This document shows, in pieces, positions 16,668-25,240 of a DNA stretch of 64,000 nt. Each line of letters begins with the position of its first letter. Within the stretch, counting starts at the first letter, position 1. This stretch comes from Patescibacteria group bacterium (lineage in GTDB: Bacteria > Patescibacteriota > Doudnabacteria > UBA920). Position numbers and translations under genes: made by a program. The stretch lies in assembly GCA_036726225.1 (NCBI GenBank), contig DAIMCS010000001.1:5776-69775 (forward strand), in the 5' to 3' direction. The notes below the pieces were generated by a model. It was not told the origin of the DNA and made no database searches. It saw only the letters and a program-made list of their open reading frames with translations.

Positions 16668-16926
16668 AAAAAGAGAGTTTGGGGGGAAGAATCCTGAGCT
16701 GGATTTGCATGGGATGAGCGTTGATCAAGCGAAATCAGAAATTGATAGTTTTTTAATAGAGCAGATAAATGCTGGGAATGGTTTAGTAAAAATCATTCAT
16801 GGATGGGGTACAGGCAAACTACAAAAGCAAATCGGCGAGTACCTAAGGACACACGAAGATGTAAAACAGTTACACCCAACCGCAAACCCCGGACAACCTT
16901 ATTTTTTAGTAGAAATAAAATTATAA
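16657..16926 (+). CDS. Smr-domain protein
   Basis: LDLHGMSVDQA…IHGWGTGKL Smr signature. Confidence 0.7.
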   Translation: MRGEKREFGGKNPELDLHGMSVDQAKSEIDSFLIEQINAGNGLVKIIHGWGTGKLQKQIGEYLRTHEDVKQLHPTANPGQPYFLVEIKL

Positions 16927-16941
16927 TTAATTACTTAATTT

Positions 16942-17451
16942 ATGAACAAAGTTGGAATAATAATGGGTAGTGATAGTGACCTAAAAGTAATGCAGGAAGC
17001 TGCCAAAGTTTTAGAAGAATTTGGTGTGGCCTTTGAAATTACTGTTTGCTCGGCGCACAGAACGCCGGCGCGCGCCCACGAATATGCTTCTACTGCAAAA
17101 GAAAGAGGGCTTAAAGTTATAATCGCCAGCGCGGGTGGTGCGGCACATTTAGCCGGAGTTATGGCAGCAAACACAACCTTGCCGGTTGTTGGCGTGCCAA
17201 TTGACTGGAAATTAAACGGCCTGGATTCCCTACTCTCTACCGCGCAAATGCCTCCGGGCGTGCCGGTTGCCTCAATGGGAATTGACGGCGGAAAAAATGC
17301 GGGGCTATTTGCCGTCCAGATTTTAGCCGCGGCTGATGAAAATTTAGCAAAAAAATTGGCAGATTATAAAAATCAGATGGCGGAACAAGTTAACACTAAA
17401 GCCAAAAAGTTGGAAGAGTTAGGTTATAAAAAATATTTGGGAGAAAAGTAA
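16942..17451 (+). CDS. purE: 5-(carboxyamino)imidazole ribonucleotide mutase PurE
   Basis: VGIIMGSDSDL…, AGGAAHLAGV, PVVGVP motifs. Confidence 0.9.
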   Translation: MNKVGIIMGSDSDLKVMQEAAKVLEEFGVAFEITVCSAHRTPARAHEYASTAKERGLKVIIASAGGAAHLAGVMAANTTLPVVGVPIDWKLNGLDSLLSTAQMPPGVPVASMGIDGGKNAGLFAVQILAAADENLAKKLADYKNQMAEQVNTKAKKLEELGYKKYLGEK

Positions 17452-17485
17452 AAAGCGGGCCTGCTACAGACCCGCCGGCTAAACA
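17451..17485. terminator. bidirectional terminator hairpin (GCGGGcctgctacagaCCCGC), with a T-run on the minus strand
   Basis: Hairpin flanked by an A-run (plus strand) and T-run (minus strand); serves purE and the convergent small gene. Confidence 0.45.
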
Positions 17486-17764
17486 CTAAATACCCGGAAC
17501 GCCGAAAGGAAAAGTCGAACCCGAACGCGCCTCAACAGACAAAGCCAGTTCCTCATTCATTTCCTCCGGTGTTTCCCTGCATCTGGCAATGAATCCCGAA
17601 AAGCCGGTCAGCTCGGCAGCCAGCCTCTCCCGGAAGCGTTTAATTGAGGCTGAACTTTCTGCCCCAAGATCATCGGATTTCGTAGAAGCTTGCCCGAGCG
17701 AATCCAAAGCTTTTGCCAAATGGCCTTCTGCGAAAAGAAGTTCATTTATAATCGATGGGTCCAT
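17486..17764 (-). CDS. hypothetical small protein (92 aa), GC-rich, divergent from purM
   Basis: Strong SD (AAGGAGG) before ATG 17764; no recognizable domain; about 52% GC versus about 42% in the surroundings. Confidence 0.4.
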   Translation of the reverse strand: MDPSIINELLFAEGHLAKALDSLGQASTKSDDLGAESSASIKRFRERLAAELTGFSGFIARCRETPEEMNEELALSVEARSGSTFPFGVPGI

Positions 17765-17812
17765 GTGCATCCTCCTTACTGGAAAGAATAATATAATATA
17801 ACAGAACAATCA

Positions 17813-18955
17813 ATGCCCAGCCAATATTCTAAAGACGGCGTGAACGTAGAAGAAGAATCTAAATTCAGCTCGTTTGCCGGAAAAATTTGTAAAGGTTCCT
17901 ACCAAAACTCCCCCTTTGTGGAAGTCCACGACTTTTCCGGCGGGCATTTTAGGGGCCCGCGTCCGTTTACTTTTAAAAACTTGCCCGAAGGCTACTTTAT
18001 AGAAGCCACAACTGACGGCATGGGCACCAAAGGCGTGCTTGTAGACGCAGCAAAAACCCATGAGCAGGCGGCTTACGATATTGTTGCTATGACTTCCAGT
18101 GACGTTACCCGTTTTGGCGGCATCCCTTTGGTCTTTATTAATGTGCTCGACGTTGTCGCGGTTGGAAATGAAGGCGACGAAGTCAGCAACCAATATAAAA
18201 AACTTCTATCGGGTTTAGGTAAAGTATCGGGCGAAGCAAAAATAGTTTCGCTTAAAGGTGAAACCGCGCAAATGGGAGTGTTTGTTGGTTCGGACTGGCA
18301 AGAGTCTAAAACCCGCTTTAACTGGTCAGCCACAATGATTGGCGCGTACCACAAAGATAAAATGATAACCGGAGAATCACTGCGAGACGGCCAGGTTATT
18401 ATCGCTCTAAAAGAACAAGGATTTAGGTGCAACGGCATAAGTGCGGTTAGAGCTGCGCTTAAAGATAAATTTGGCGAGAGATGGTACGAAAATAAAGATG
18501 CTCAAAAAAGCATAAAACTTGCGGCCGCCCCTTCCCTTCTTTATGACGTATTTATAAACACCATACACGGCTGGTACGACAAAAATTTTCAGGCTGAAGT
18601 AAAAATCCACGGTCTGGTCCACCTTTCCGGCGGCGGCATAAAAGAAAAATTGGCAAAAGATATGTTGCTTCCCAGGTCTCTTTCGGCCGAACTTACGGAT
18701 TTATACGATCCGCCGCAAATTATGAAAGACTGTGCCGCCTGGCATAATATAGATGACGAAGAATTTTACGAAGTCTGGAACGGCGGCCAGGGTATGCTGC
18801 TAATAGTAAAGGAGAAAGATGCCGAAACCACAATAAAAAGAGCGAACGATTTTGACCTACAGGCAAAAATTTGTGGTAAAATAACCAAAGCAGCAAAACC
18901 ACAAGTTGTAATTGATTCAAAATTAAATCCTGGCAAGAAAATTATTTATGAATAA
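17813..18955 (+). CDS. purM: phosphoribosylformylglycinamidine cyclo-ligase PurM (AIR synthetase)
   Basis: N-terminal YSKDGVNVEE and PurM-like N- and C-terminal domains. Confidence 0.85.
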   Translation: MPSQYSKDGVNVEEESKFSSFAGKICKGSYQNSPFVEVHDFSGGHFRGPRPFTFKNLPEGYFIEATTDGMGTKGVLVDAAKTHEQAAYDIVAMTSSDVTRFGGIPLVFINVLDVVAVGNEGDEVSNQYKKLLSGLGKVSGEAKIVSLKGETAQMGVFVGSDWQESKTRFNWSATMIGAYHKDKMITGESLRDGQVIIALKEQGFRCNGISAVRAALKDKFGERWYENKDAQKSIKLAAAPSLLYDVFINTIHGWYDKNFQAEVKIHGLVHLSGGGIKEKLAKDMLLPRSLSAELTDLYDPPQIMKDCAAWHNIDDEEFYEVWNGGQGMLLIVKEKDAETTIKRANDFDLQAKICGKITKAAKPQVVIDSKLNPGKKIIYE

Positions 18956-19913
18956 AGAAGTTATATCGCAAGTCCTGCATAAAGTTATTGAAACCACTAA
19001 TTTTAAACACATTGGTCAAAGGCGCCAGGGCAAAGTGCGCGATGTCTACACGCAGCCGGATAAAATTATTTTGGTTTCCACCGACAGGTACAGCGCGTTT
19101 GATAGAAACTTGGCGTTAATTCCTTTCAAAGGCCAAATACTTACTCAAGTAAGCCGCTGGTGGTTTGAAAAGACCGAGGATATTATCCAAAACCATTTAA
19201 TCAGCTCTCCCGATCCAAATGTAGTTGTAGTAAAAAAATGTTCGGTGATCCCTATTGAGATGGTCGTGCGAGGCTACATTACAGGCGTTACGGGCACGAG
19301 CCTTTGGACACTATACAACAACGGCCAGCGGGATTTTGGCGACTTTGTCTTGCCGGAAGGTATGAAAAAAAACCAAAAACTGGAAAAACCGGTTTTAACG
19401 CCCACCACAAAGTCTGACGACCACGACGCACCGCTTACCACTAAAGAAATTATCGAAAAACAAATTGTATCAAAAGAGCTTTGGGAACAGTTGGCAGACA
19501 CCGCCATAAAACTTTTTACCCGCGGCCAGGAACTTGCGTTACAACACGGACTTATTTTAGTGGATACTAAATATGAATTTGGTTTAACGGAAGACGGTAA
19601 ATTGATGTTGATTGATGAAATCCATACACCCGACTCTTCGCGATATTGGCAGGCAGACTCCTATCAATCCAGGATAGACCAAGGGCAAGAGCCGCAAAAT
19701 TTCGACAAAGAATTTCTGCGTCTTTGGTTTAAACAAAACTGCGATCCATACAAAGACGAAGTATTACCACAAGCTCCGGCGGATATGATAGCCGAACTTT
19801 CTTCCCGCTACATTCAAATTTTCGAACAAATTACCGGGCAAAAATTTGAAGCGGATTTAAACACCCCCGCACTTCAAAGAATAGAAAACAACCTTAATAG
19901 CTATCGGTTGTAA
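18948..19913 (+). CDS. purC: phosphoribosylaminoimidazole-succinocarboxamide synthase PurC (long form)
   Basis: GKVRDVY…LVSTDRYSAFD SAICAR synthetase motifs; overlaps purM by 8 nt. Confidence 0.9.
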   Translation: MNKEVISQVLHKVIETTNFKHIGQRRQGKVRDVYTQPDKIILVSTDRYSAFDRNLALIPFKGQILTQVSRWWFEKTEDIIQNHLISSPDPNVVVVKKCSVIPIEMVVRGYITGVTGTSLWTLYNNGQRDFGDFVLPEGMKKNQKLEKPVLTPTTKSDDHDAPLTTKEIIEKQIVSKELWEQLADTAIKLFTRGQELALQHGLILVDTKYEFGLTEDGKLMLIDEIHTPDSSRYWQADSYQSRIDQGQEPQNFDKEFLRLWFKQNCDPYKDEVLPQAPADMIAELSSRYIQIFEQITGQKFEADLNTPALQRIENNLNSYRL

Positions 19914-19918
19914 ACATG

Positions 19919-20325
19919 CCTCCCTCCCCTGGAGGGGGAGGGCTGGGGAGGGGTGAATGACAAACCACACAACTCAAATATCAAGAAAGCTGCGCAATAA
20001 TCTAACCGAAGCAGAAAAAAAGCTATGGTATTATTTACGCAACAACAATCTCGGTGAAAAATTCAGAAGACAGCAACTTATTGGTACGTATTACGTCGAC
20101 TTTATCTGCCTAAAAAAATACTTAATTATTGAAGTTGACGGCGGGCAGCATTACGATTCTGCTGATGATAAAATTAGAGATAATTTTTTCAAAAAAGAAG
20201 GTTTTACAGTTTTAAGATTTTGGAACAATGAAGTTTTAGAAAACATTGAGGAAGTGTTAGAAAAAATCAAGGCTTATTTATAATTCATCACCCTCCCCTA
20301 ACCCCTCCCCTCAAGGGAGGGGAAT
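19919..20325 (+). mobile_element. GGGAGGGG palindromic element (copy E1) carrying a DUF559 endonuclease gene in its central loop
   Basis: Left arm 19919-19956 (CCTCCCTCCCCtggaGGGGGAGGGctgGGGAGGGGTGA) and right arm 20284-20325 (TCACCCTCCCCtaaCCCCTCCCctcaaGGGAGGGG) match the empty copies at 25145, 30988 and 35941. The ORF fills the spacer exactly, with its ATG abutting GGTGA and its TAA abutting TTCATCACCC. Confidence 0.6.
19957..20283 (+). CDS. DUF559 endonuclease-domain protein (Vsr-like / PD-(D/E)XK fold)
   Basis: 108 aa; YYVDF…IIEVDGGQH…D..R…L…G..VLRFWN signature of DUF559. Confidence 0.8.
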   Translation: MTNHTTQISRKLRNNLTEAEKKLWYYLRNNNLGEKFRRQQLIGTYYVDFICLKKYLIIEVDGGQHYDSADDKIRDNFFKKEGFTVLRFWNNEVLENIEEVLEKIKAYL

Positions 20326-20334
20326 AAAACAATT

Positions 20335-21723
20335 ATGCTTACATCCATATCCCCCATTGACGGCCGCTACGAAAAACAAACAGATGCACTAAAAGCCTTT
20401 TTTAGTGAGCAGGCTTTAATGCGTTACAGGATTATTGTTGAAGGCGAATATTTTATTGCCCTTTCCCAAAGCAAACTGGGCAAAAGAAAACTTTCTGATA
20501 AAGAAAAAAAGTTAGTGCGCTCCTTATACGAGCCCAAAGGAAGTGATGCACAAATTATTTCCGATATTGAACGAAAAGGCCACAAAGGCATCCCGGCAAC
20601 AAACCACGATGTTAAAGCCGTGGAATATTTTATTAAACTAAAACTTAAAAATACTTCTTTAAAAAATGTTTTGGAATGGGTGCATTTTGGTCTAACTTCC
20701 GAAGACGTAAACAACCTCTCATATGCCTTAATGCTTAAAGACGGTATTACCCGGGGCCTAATGCCTTCACTTAATGAAATTATTCTTAACTTAACCTCAC
20801 AGGCAAAAAAATACAAAAACTTGCCTATGCTCAGCCGAACCCACGGTCAGCCTGCGTCCCCAACCACTTTTGGCAAAGAAATGAGGGTCTTTAAAGAAAG
20901 ATTGCAAAGACAAGCAAACAAATTAAAATCCCAAACCATCCTCTGTAAATTAAACGGTGCCAGCGGCAACTACAACGCGCATATGGCCGCATTTCCAAAA
21001 GTTAACTGGATTAAATTCTCCCAAAAATTTATTAGTCATCTAAATTCCCTTGGACCCAAAACCTTTTTGAATCTAGAACCTAACCTCTACACCACGCAAA
21101 TTGAACCGCACGACTCATACATAGAAATTTTTGATACTTTCCGCCGCATCAACACCATTTTAGTAGACTTTAACCAGGACATTTGGCGCTATATAAGCGA
21201 TGGCTGGATTACGCAAAAAACAGTAGCCGGAGAAATTGGCTCTTCTGCTATGCCCCATAAAGTCAACCCAATTAACTTTGAAAACAGCGAAGGCAACTTA
21301 GGTTTGGCTAACGCGCTATTTAATCATTTTGCTAATAAGTTGCCCATATCAAGATTGCAAAGAGATCTTTCCGATTCCACCGTGCAAAGAAATTTTGGCA
21401 CGGCTTTGGCACACTCTATAATTGCTTATAAATATTTACTAAAAGGTTTGGCGAAAATTTCTCCCGACCCTCAAAAGATGGCGGCGGATTTGGAAAAACA
21501 CCCGGAAGTTATTGCCGAAGCCATTCAAACCGTTTTGCGCAGAGAAGGAGTAAAAATGCCTTACGAACAGTTAAAAGAACTCACGAGGGGCGAGAATGTG
21601 ACACTCAATGACATTCATCGATTTATAAACAATTTGGAAATCAGCGACAGGGTAAAAAAGGAACTTAAAGAATTTACTCCCCACAGTTACACCGGACTGG
21701 CAAGCAGGCTTGCCCAATCTTAA
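20335..21723 (+). CDS. purB: adenylosuccinate lyase PurB
   Basis: SPIDGRY N-terminus; fumarate-lyase signature region (GSSAMPHKVNP). Confidence 0.9.
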   Translation: MLTSISPIDGRYEKQTDALKAFFSEQALMRYRIIVEGEYFIALSQSKLGKRKLSDKEKKLVRSLYEPKGSDAQIISDIERKGHKGIPATNHDVKAVEYFIKLKLKNTSLKNVLEWVHFGLTSEDVNNLSYALMLKDGITRGLMPSLNEIILNLTSQAKKYKNLPMLSRTHGQPASPTTFGKEMRVFKERLQRQANKLKSQTILCKLNGASGNYNAHMAAFPKVNWIKFSQKFISHLNSLGPKTFLNLEPNLYTTQIEPHDSYIEIFDTFRRINTILVDFNQDIWRYISDGWITQKTVAGEIGSSAMPHKVNPINFENSEGNLGLANALFNHFANKLPISRLQRDLSDSTVQRNFGTALAHSIIAYKYLLKGLAKISPDPQKMAADLEKHPEVIAEAIQTVLRREGVKMPYEQLKELTRGENVTLNDIHRFINNLEISDRVKKELKEFTPHSYTGLASRLAQS

Positions 21724-21727
21724 AACC

Positions 21728-21768
21728 AAAAACACCCTCACTTGCCAAAGTGGGTGTTTTTATTTTGT
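21728..21768 (+). terminator. rho-independent terminator after purB, immediately followed by an extended -10 promoter (TGaTATAAT, 21767-21776) for cyoA
   Basis: CACCCTCACTT/AAGTGGGTG stem plus tttttatttt. TATAAT lies 17 nt before the cyoA ATG, giving a very short leader. Confidence 0.55.
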
Positions 21769-21793
21769 GATATAATGCATATATAAACTTTGC

Positions 21794-22687
21794 ATGGAAA
21801 CAAAATCGTCTGGAATAAAAACTGCTTTTTTCATATTGCTGGCTCTTGCGCTGGTTGTTTTAGCTCTGGCCCAAATCCCCATTAATTGGCCCGACTTAAC
21901 TTTTGCCATTTTAGAACCTAAAGGGCTGATTGCAGAAAAGCAGCGCTGGTTAATAATTGCCGCCACTTTAATAATGCTAATTGCAGTGGCGCCGACATAT
22001 TTTTTTCTTTTTTATTTTTCAAAAAAATACAAAGCCGAAAAACAGGATGTTAACTACTCCCCAAATTTAACCAGTAACGCGAAATCCTCTTTTTTCCTTT
22101 GGGCTATACCGGTTGCGATAATTTTTGTAATTTCTATAATTATTGTAAAAAGCACTCATGAGTTGGATCCTTACAAGCCAATTGCATCTGCCAAAAAACC
22201 GCTGACTGTACAAGTAGTATCTTTAAGGTGGAAATGGCTTTTTATTTATCCCGAGCAAAATATAGCGACGGTTAACTTTATGCAAATTCCGGCGAACACG
22301 CCCATAAACTTTGAACTGACTTCCGACGGGCCAATGAACACTTTTTGGATCCCGCAGTTAGGCGGACAAATTTATACCATGGCAGCCATGAGCACCAAAC
22401 TGCATTTAATTGCCAACGAGACCGGAAATTTTGAAGGCCAGTCTTCCGAAATAAGCGGCAAAGGTTATTCCGGTATGCGTTTTAAAGTTAAGGCAACAAG
22501 CCGGGGAGAATTTGATGCGTGGGTAAAGGAAGTAAAAAACTCCCCTCAAATGCTGCACAAAGAGCAATACAACGAGCTCTTAGAGCCCAGTGAAAATCAT
22601 GAGCAAACCAATTATTCTATGGTGGAAAAAGACCTGTTCAATAGTATAATTATGAAGTATATGAGTCCTACAGAAATGGCTAAGTAA
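21794..22687 (+). CDS. cyoA: cytochrome o (bo3-type) ubiquinol oxidase subunit II, CuA-less
   Basis: Two N-terminal TM helices plus cupredoxin domain. SSEISGKGYSGMRFKVKATSRGEFDAWV matches CyoA and lacks the CuA Cys/His ligands. Confidence 0.8.
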   Translation: METKSSGIKTAFFILLALALVVLALAQIPINWPDLTFAILEPKGLIAEKQRWLIIAATLIMLIAVAPTYFFLFYFSKKYKAEKQDVNYSPNLTSNAKSSFFLWAIPVAIIFVISIIIVKSTHELDPYKPIASAKKPLTVQVVSLRWKWLFIYPEQNIATVNFMQIPANTPINFELTSDGPMNTFWIPQLGGQIYTMAAMSTKLHLIANETGNFEGQSSEISGKGYSGMRFKVKATSRGEFDAWVKEVKNSPQMLHKEQYNELLEPSENHEQTNYSMVEKDLFNSIIMKYMSPTEMAK

Positions 22688-23147
22688 GATATTTATAGAT
22701 ATTAGGATATTAATAGATACTATGGAAAGCAAACCTAATTATATTTCATTGCAGAATTTGGAAGTTTATCAGCTGTCACGGGAGTTGTCGCGAATAGGTT
22801 GGGAGATTTATCAAACTTTGGATTGGAAGATGCAAAAGATTAATGGTGATCAGTTTATAGAGTCAACGGATTCAACTGGGGCAAATATTGCCGAAGGTTA
22901 CGGAAGATTCCACTACCTCGATAGGATTAAGTTTTATTACAATGCGCGCGGTTCTTTTTTAGAATGCAATGAACATTGGATTGAATTGTTAAAAGAAAGA
23001 GGTCAGGTACCGGAAGAACTTTATAATCAATATAAACAAACGGCTGAAAAGTTTTCAAAAAAACTCAATAATTTCATCCATAGCACTTATCAAAGCAAAG
23101 CGAGCGAAGCTGATTAATATCCCAATATCAAATATCCAAATATCTTT
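22688..23147 (+). mobile_element. four-helix-bundle gene cassette flanked by inverted GATATT/AATATC iteron arrays
   Basis: Left 22688-22721 (GATATTtataGATATTaggATATTaatAGATACT); right 23118-23147 (TATCccAATATCaaATATCcaAATATCttt) is its approximate reverse complement. The cassette lies between cyoA and cyoB. Confidence 0.45.
22722..23117 (+). CDS. four-helix-bundle protein (TIGR02436, former '23S rRNA intervening-sequence protein' family)
   Basis: EVYQLSRELSRIGWEIY…GANIAEGYGRFHYLDRIKFYYNARGSFLECNEHW signature. Confidence 0.8.
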   Translation: MESKPNYISLQNLEVYQLSRELSRIGWEIYQTLDWKMQKINGDQFIESTDSTGANIAEGYGRFHYLDRIKFYYNARGSFLECNEHWIELLKERGQVPEELYNQYKQTAEKFSKKLNNFIHSTYQSKASEAD

Positions 23148-25136
23148 ATGAGCTCTTTAATTCTAGGCAATTTAACCTGGTCAGCACTCCCCCACGAATG
23201 GTTTACCGTTGGCGGGGCGGTTTCCATGACGCTTGGCGGTTTAACAGTCATATTTTTACTTACCTACTTTAAACGCTGGAAATGGCTGTGGAATGAATGG
23301 CTGACTTCCACTGACCCAAAAAAAATTGGGATTATGTACTTTGTAGTGGCTGCGCTTATGCTTACGCGCGGCGCGCTGGATGCCGGAATGATCTGGCTGC
23401 AGCAAACTCTTTCGGCCGGCGCAGGCACCGGGTTTTTAAGCGCCGAACATTTCCAGCAAATCTTTACCGCGCACGGCGCCATTATGGTCTTTTTTGTGAC
23501 CATGGGTTTTTTGGCCGGGCTCTGGAATTTTATTTTGCCTTTGCAAATTGGCGCGCGCGACGTCGCTTTCCCGCTTCTAAATACTTTAAGCTTTTGGTTG
23601 TTTGTTGCAGGCGCTATTTTAATGAATATGTTTTTCTTCCTTGGCGGAGAATTTTCTGCCGTGGGCTGGCTGGCTATTGCCCCGCTTTCCGGCATTGAGT
23701 TTAGTCCCGGCGTGGGGGTGGATTATTGGATATGGAGCCTGCAAATTTCAGGTCTTGGCACGCTGCTTGCGGGCGTAAACTTTATGGTCACAATTTTAAA
23801 AATGCGCGCCCCAGGAATGACTTTAATGCGTATGCCGCTTTTTGTCTGGAACGGGCTCTTAAGCCAAGTGCTAATACTTTCCGTTTTCCCTATTTTAGCA
23901 ATGACGCTAATTCTGCTTACGCTCGACAGAACTTTTGGCGCTCACTTTTTCACTTCTACCCACGGCGGCAACCCTATGCTTTACACCAACCTCATTTGGT
24001 CGTGGGGCCACCCGGAAGTTTATATTTTAATGATCCCGGCTTTTGGGGTGTATTCCGAAATTGTTTCCACCTTTAGCCAAAAAAAACTTTTTTCCTACAC
24101 GTCATTAGTTGCGGCTGCAATAATTATTACCCTCTTTTCTGTACTGGTTTGGCTGCACCACTTCTTTACCATGGGCGCGGGCGCAAATGTTAACGCTTTC
24201 TTTGGCATAATGACCGGCATAATTGCCATTCCCACCGGAGTCCAGGTTTTTTCCTGGCTGGCCACAATGTACAAAGGCAAAATTATTTTCCGCACGCCGC
24301 TGTATTGGTTTATTGGTTTTGTTGCCACCTTTACGCTGGGCGGCATGGCGGGAGTCATTTTAGGAATCCCCGGAGCTGACTTCCAGCTGCACAACAGTTT
24401 ATTTTTAGTCGCCCACTTCCACACTATGGCAATTGGCGGCGCGCTGTTTGGAATTTTCGCAGCTATTTCTTATTGGTTCCCCAAAATTACCGGTTTTAAG
24501 TTAAACGAAAAATTAGGGCGGTACGCTTTTTGGCTTTGGATTGTTGGCTTCCTCGTTTCGTTTATGCCTCTGTATATATTAGGTTTTATGGGCGCGTCCC
24601 GCAGGCTGGACCATTACGACGCCTCCTTAGGCTGGCAACCCCTGTTTGCCATAGCCGGTTTTGGTTTTTTAATTATTTGCGCAGCCGTTGCTATGCAGCT
24701 TTGGCAAATAGTTTACAGCTTTATTAAAAAAAGTGAAAATTTAGATGTTACCGGTGACCCGTGGAATGGCCGGGCTCTGGAGTGGGCCACAGCTTCCCCT
24801 CCCCCAATTTATAATTTTGCAGTTATCCCAAACGTAACCGATAAAGACGCGTTTTGGGAAATGAAAGCCAGCAGATCAGCAGATCAGCAGATCAGCAGAT
24901 CAGCTAAATACGAAGACATTCATATGCCCAAAAATACAGCAATGGGAATTTATATTTCCGCCTGCGCATTCCTGTTTGGCTTTGGTTTTGTCTGGCACAT
25001 TTGGTGGCTGGTTATTGCATCTTTAATTGCAGCAATTATTTTAATAATCACCCGTTCTTTTGACCAGGAGACCGAATACGTAATTACCGCCGCAGAAGTC
25101 GCTAAGATAGAATCGGAGCATAAAAGTTTTTACTAA
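23148..25136 (+). CDS. cyoB: cytochrome o ubiquinol oxidase subunit I (heme-copper oxidase)
   Basis: 662 aa; many TM helices; canonical HCO subunit I His ligands (…WSWGHPEVYIL…, HFHTMAIGG…). Confidence 0.9.
   Translation: MSSLILGNLTWSALPHEWFTVGGAVSMTLGGLTVIFLLTYFKRWKWLWNEWLTSTDPKKIGIMYFVVAALMLTRGALDAGMIWLQQTLSAGAGTGFLSAEHFQQIFTAHGAIMVFFVTMGFLAGLWNFILPLQIGARDVAFPLLNTLSFWLFVAGAILMNMFFFLGGEFSAVGWLAIAPLSGIEFSPGVGVDYWIWSLQISGLGTLLAGVNFMVTILKMRAPGMTLMRMPLFVWNGLLSQVLILSVFPILAMTLILLTLDRTFGAHFFTSTHGGNPMLYTNLIWSWGHPEVYILMIPAFGVYSEIVSTFSQKKLFSYTSLVAAAIIITLFSVLVWLHHFFTMGAGANVNAFFGIMTGIIAIPTGVQVFSWLATMYKGKIIFRTPLYWFIGFVATFTLGGMAGVILGIPGADFQLHNSLFLVAHFHTMAIGGALFGIFAAISYWFPKITGFKLNEKLGRYAFWLWIVGFLVSFMPLYILGFMGASRRLDHYDASLGWQPLFAIAGFGFLIICAAVAMQLWQIVYSFIKKSENLDVTGDPWNGRALEWATASPPPIYNFAVIPNVTDKDAFWEMKASRSADQQISRSAKYEDIHMPKNTAMGIYISACAFLFGFGFVWHIWWLVIASLIAAIILIITRSFDQETEYVITAAEVAKIESEHKSFY
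24869..24904. repeat. 8-bp tandem repeat (gcagatca) x4.5 inside the cyoB coding region (encodes SRSADQQISRSA)
   Basis: Direct reading of cagcagatcagcagatcagcagatcagcagatcagc. Confidence 0.85.
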
Positions 25137-25144
25137 AAAATAAA

Positions 25145-25229
25145 TTCCCTCCCCTTGAGGGGGAGGGCTAGGGAGGGGTGAAATCAAAAATTATCACCCT
25201 CCCCTAACCCCTCCCATCCAGGGAGGGGA
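25145..25229. repeat. GGGAGGGG palindromic element copy E2 (empty), between cyoB and cyoC
   Basis: TTCCCTCCCCttgaGGGGGAGGGctaGGGAGGGGTGA-aatcaaaaat-TATCACCCTCCCCtaaCCCCTCCCatccaGGGAGGGGAA. Confidence 0.8.
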
Positions 25230-25240
25230 AAGAAAGTACC

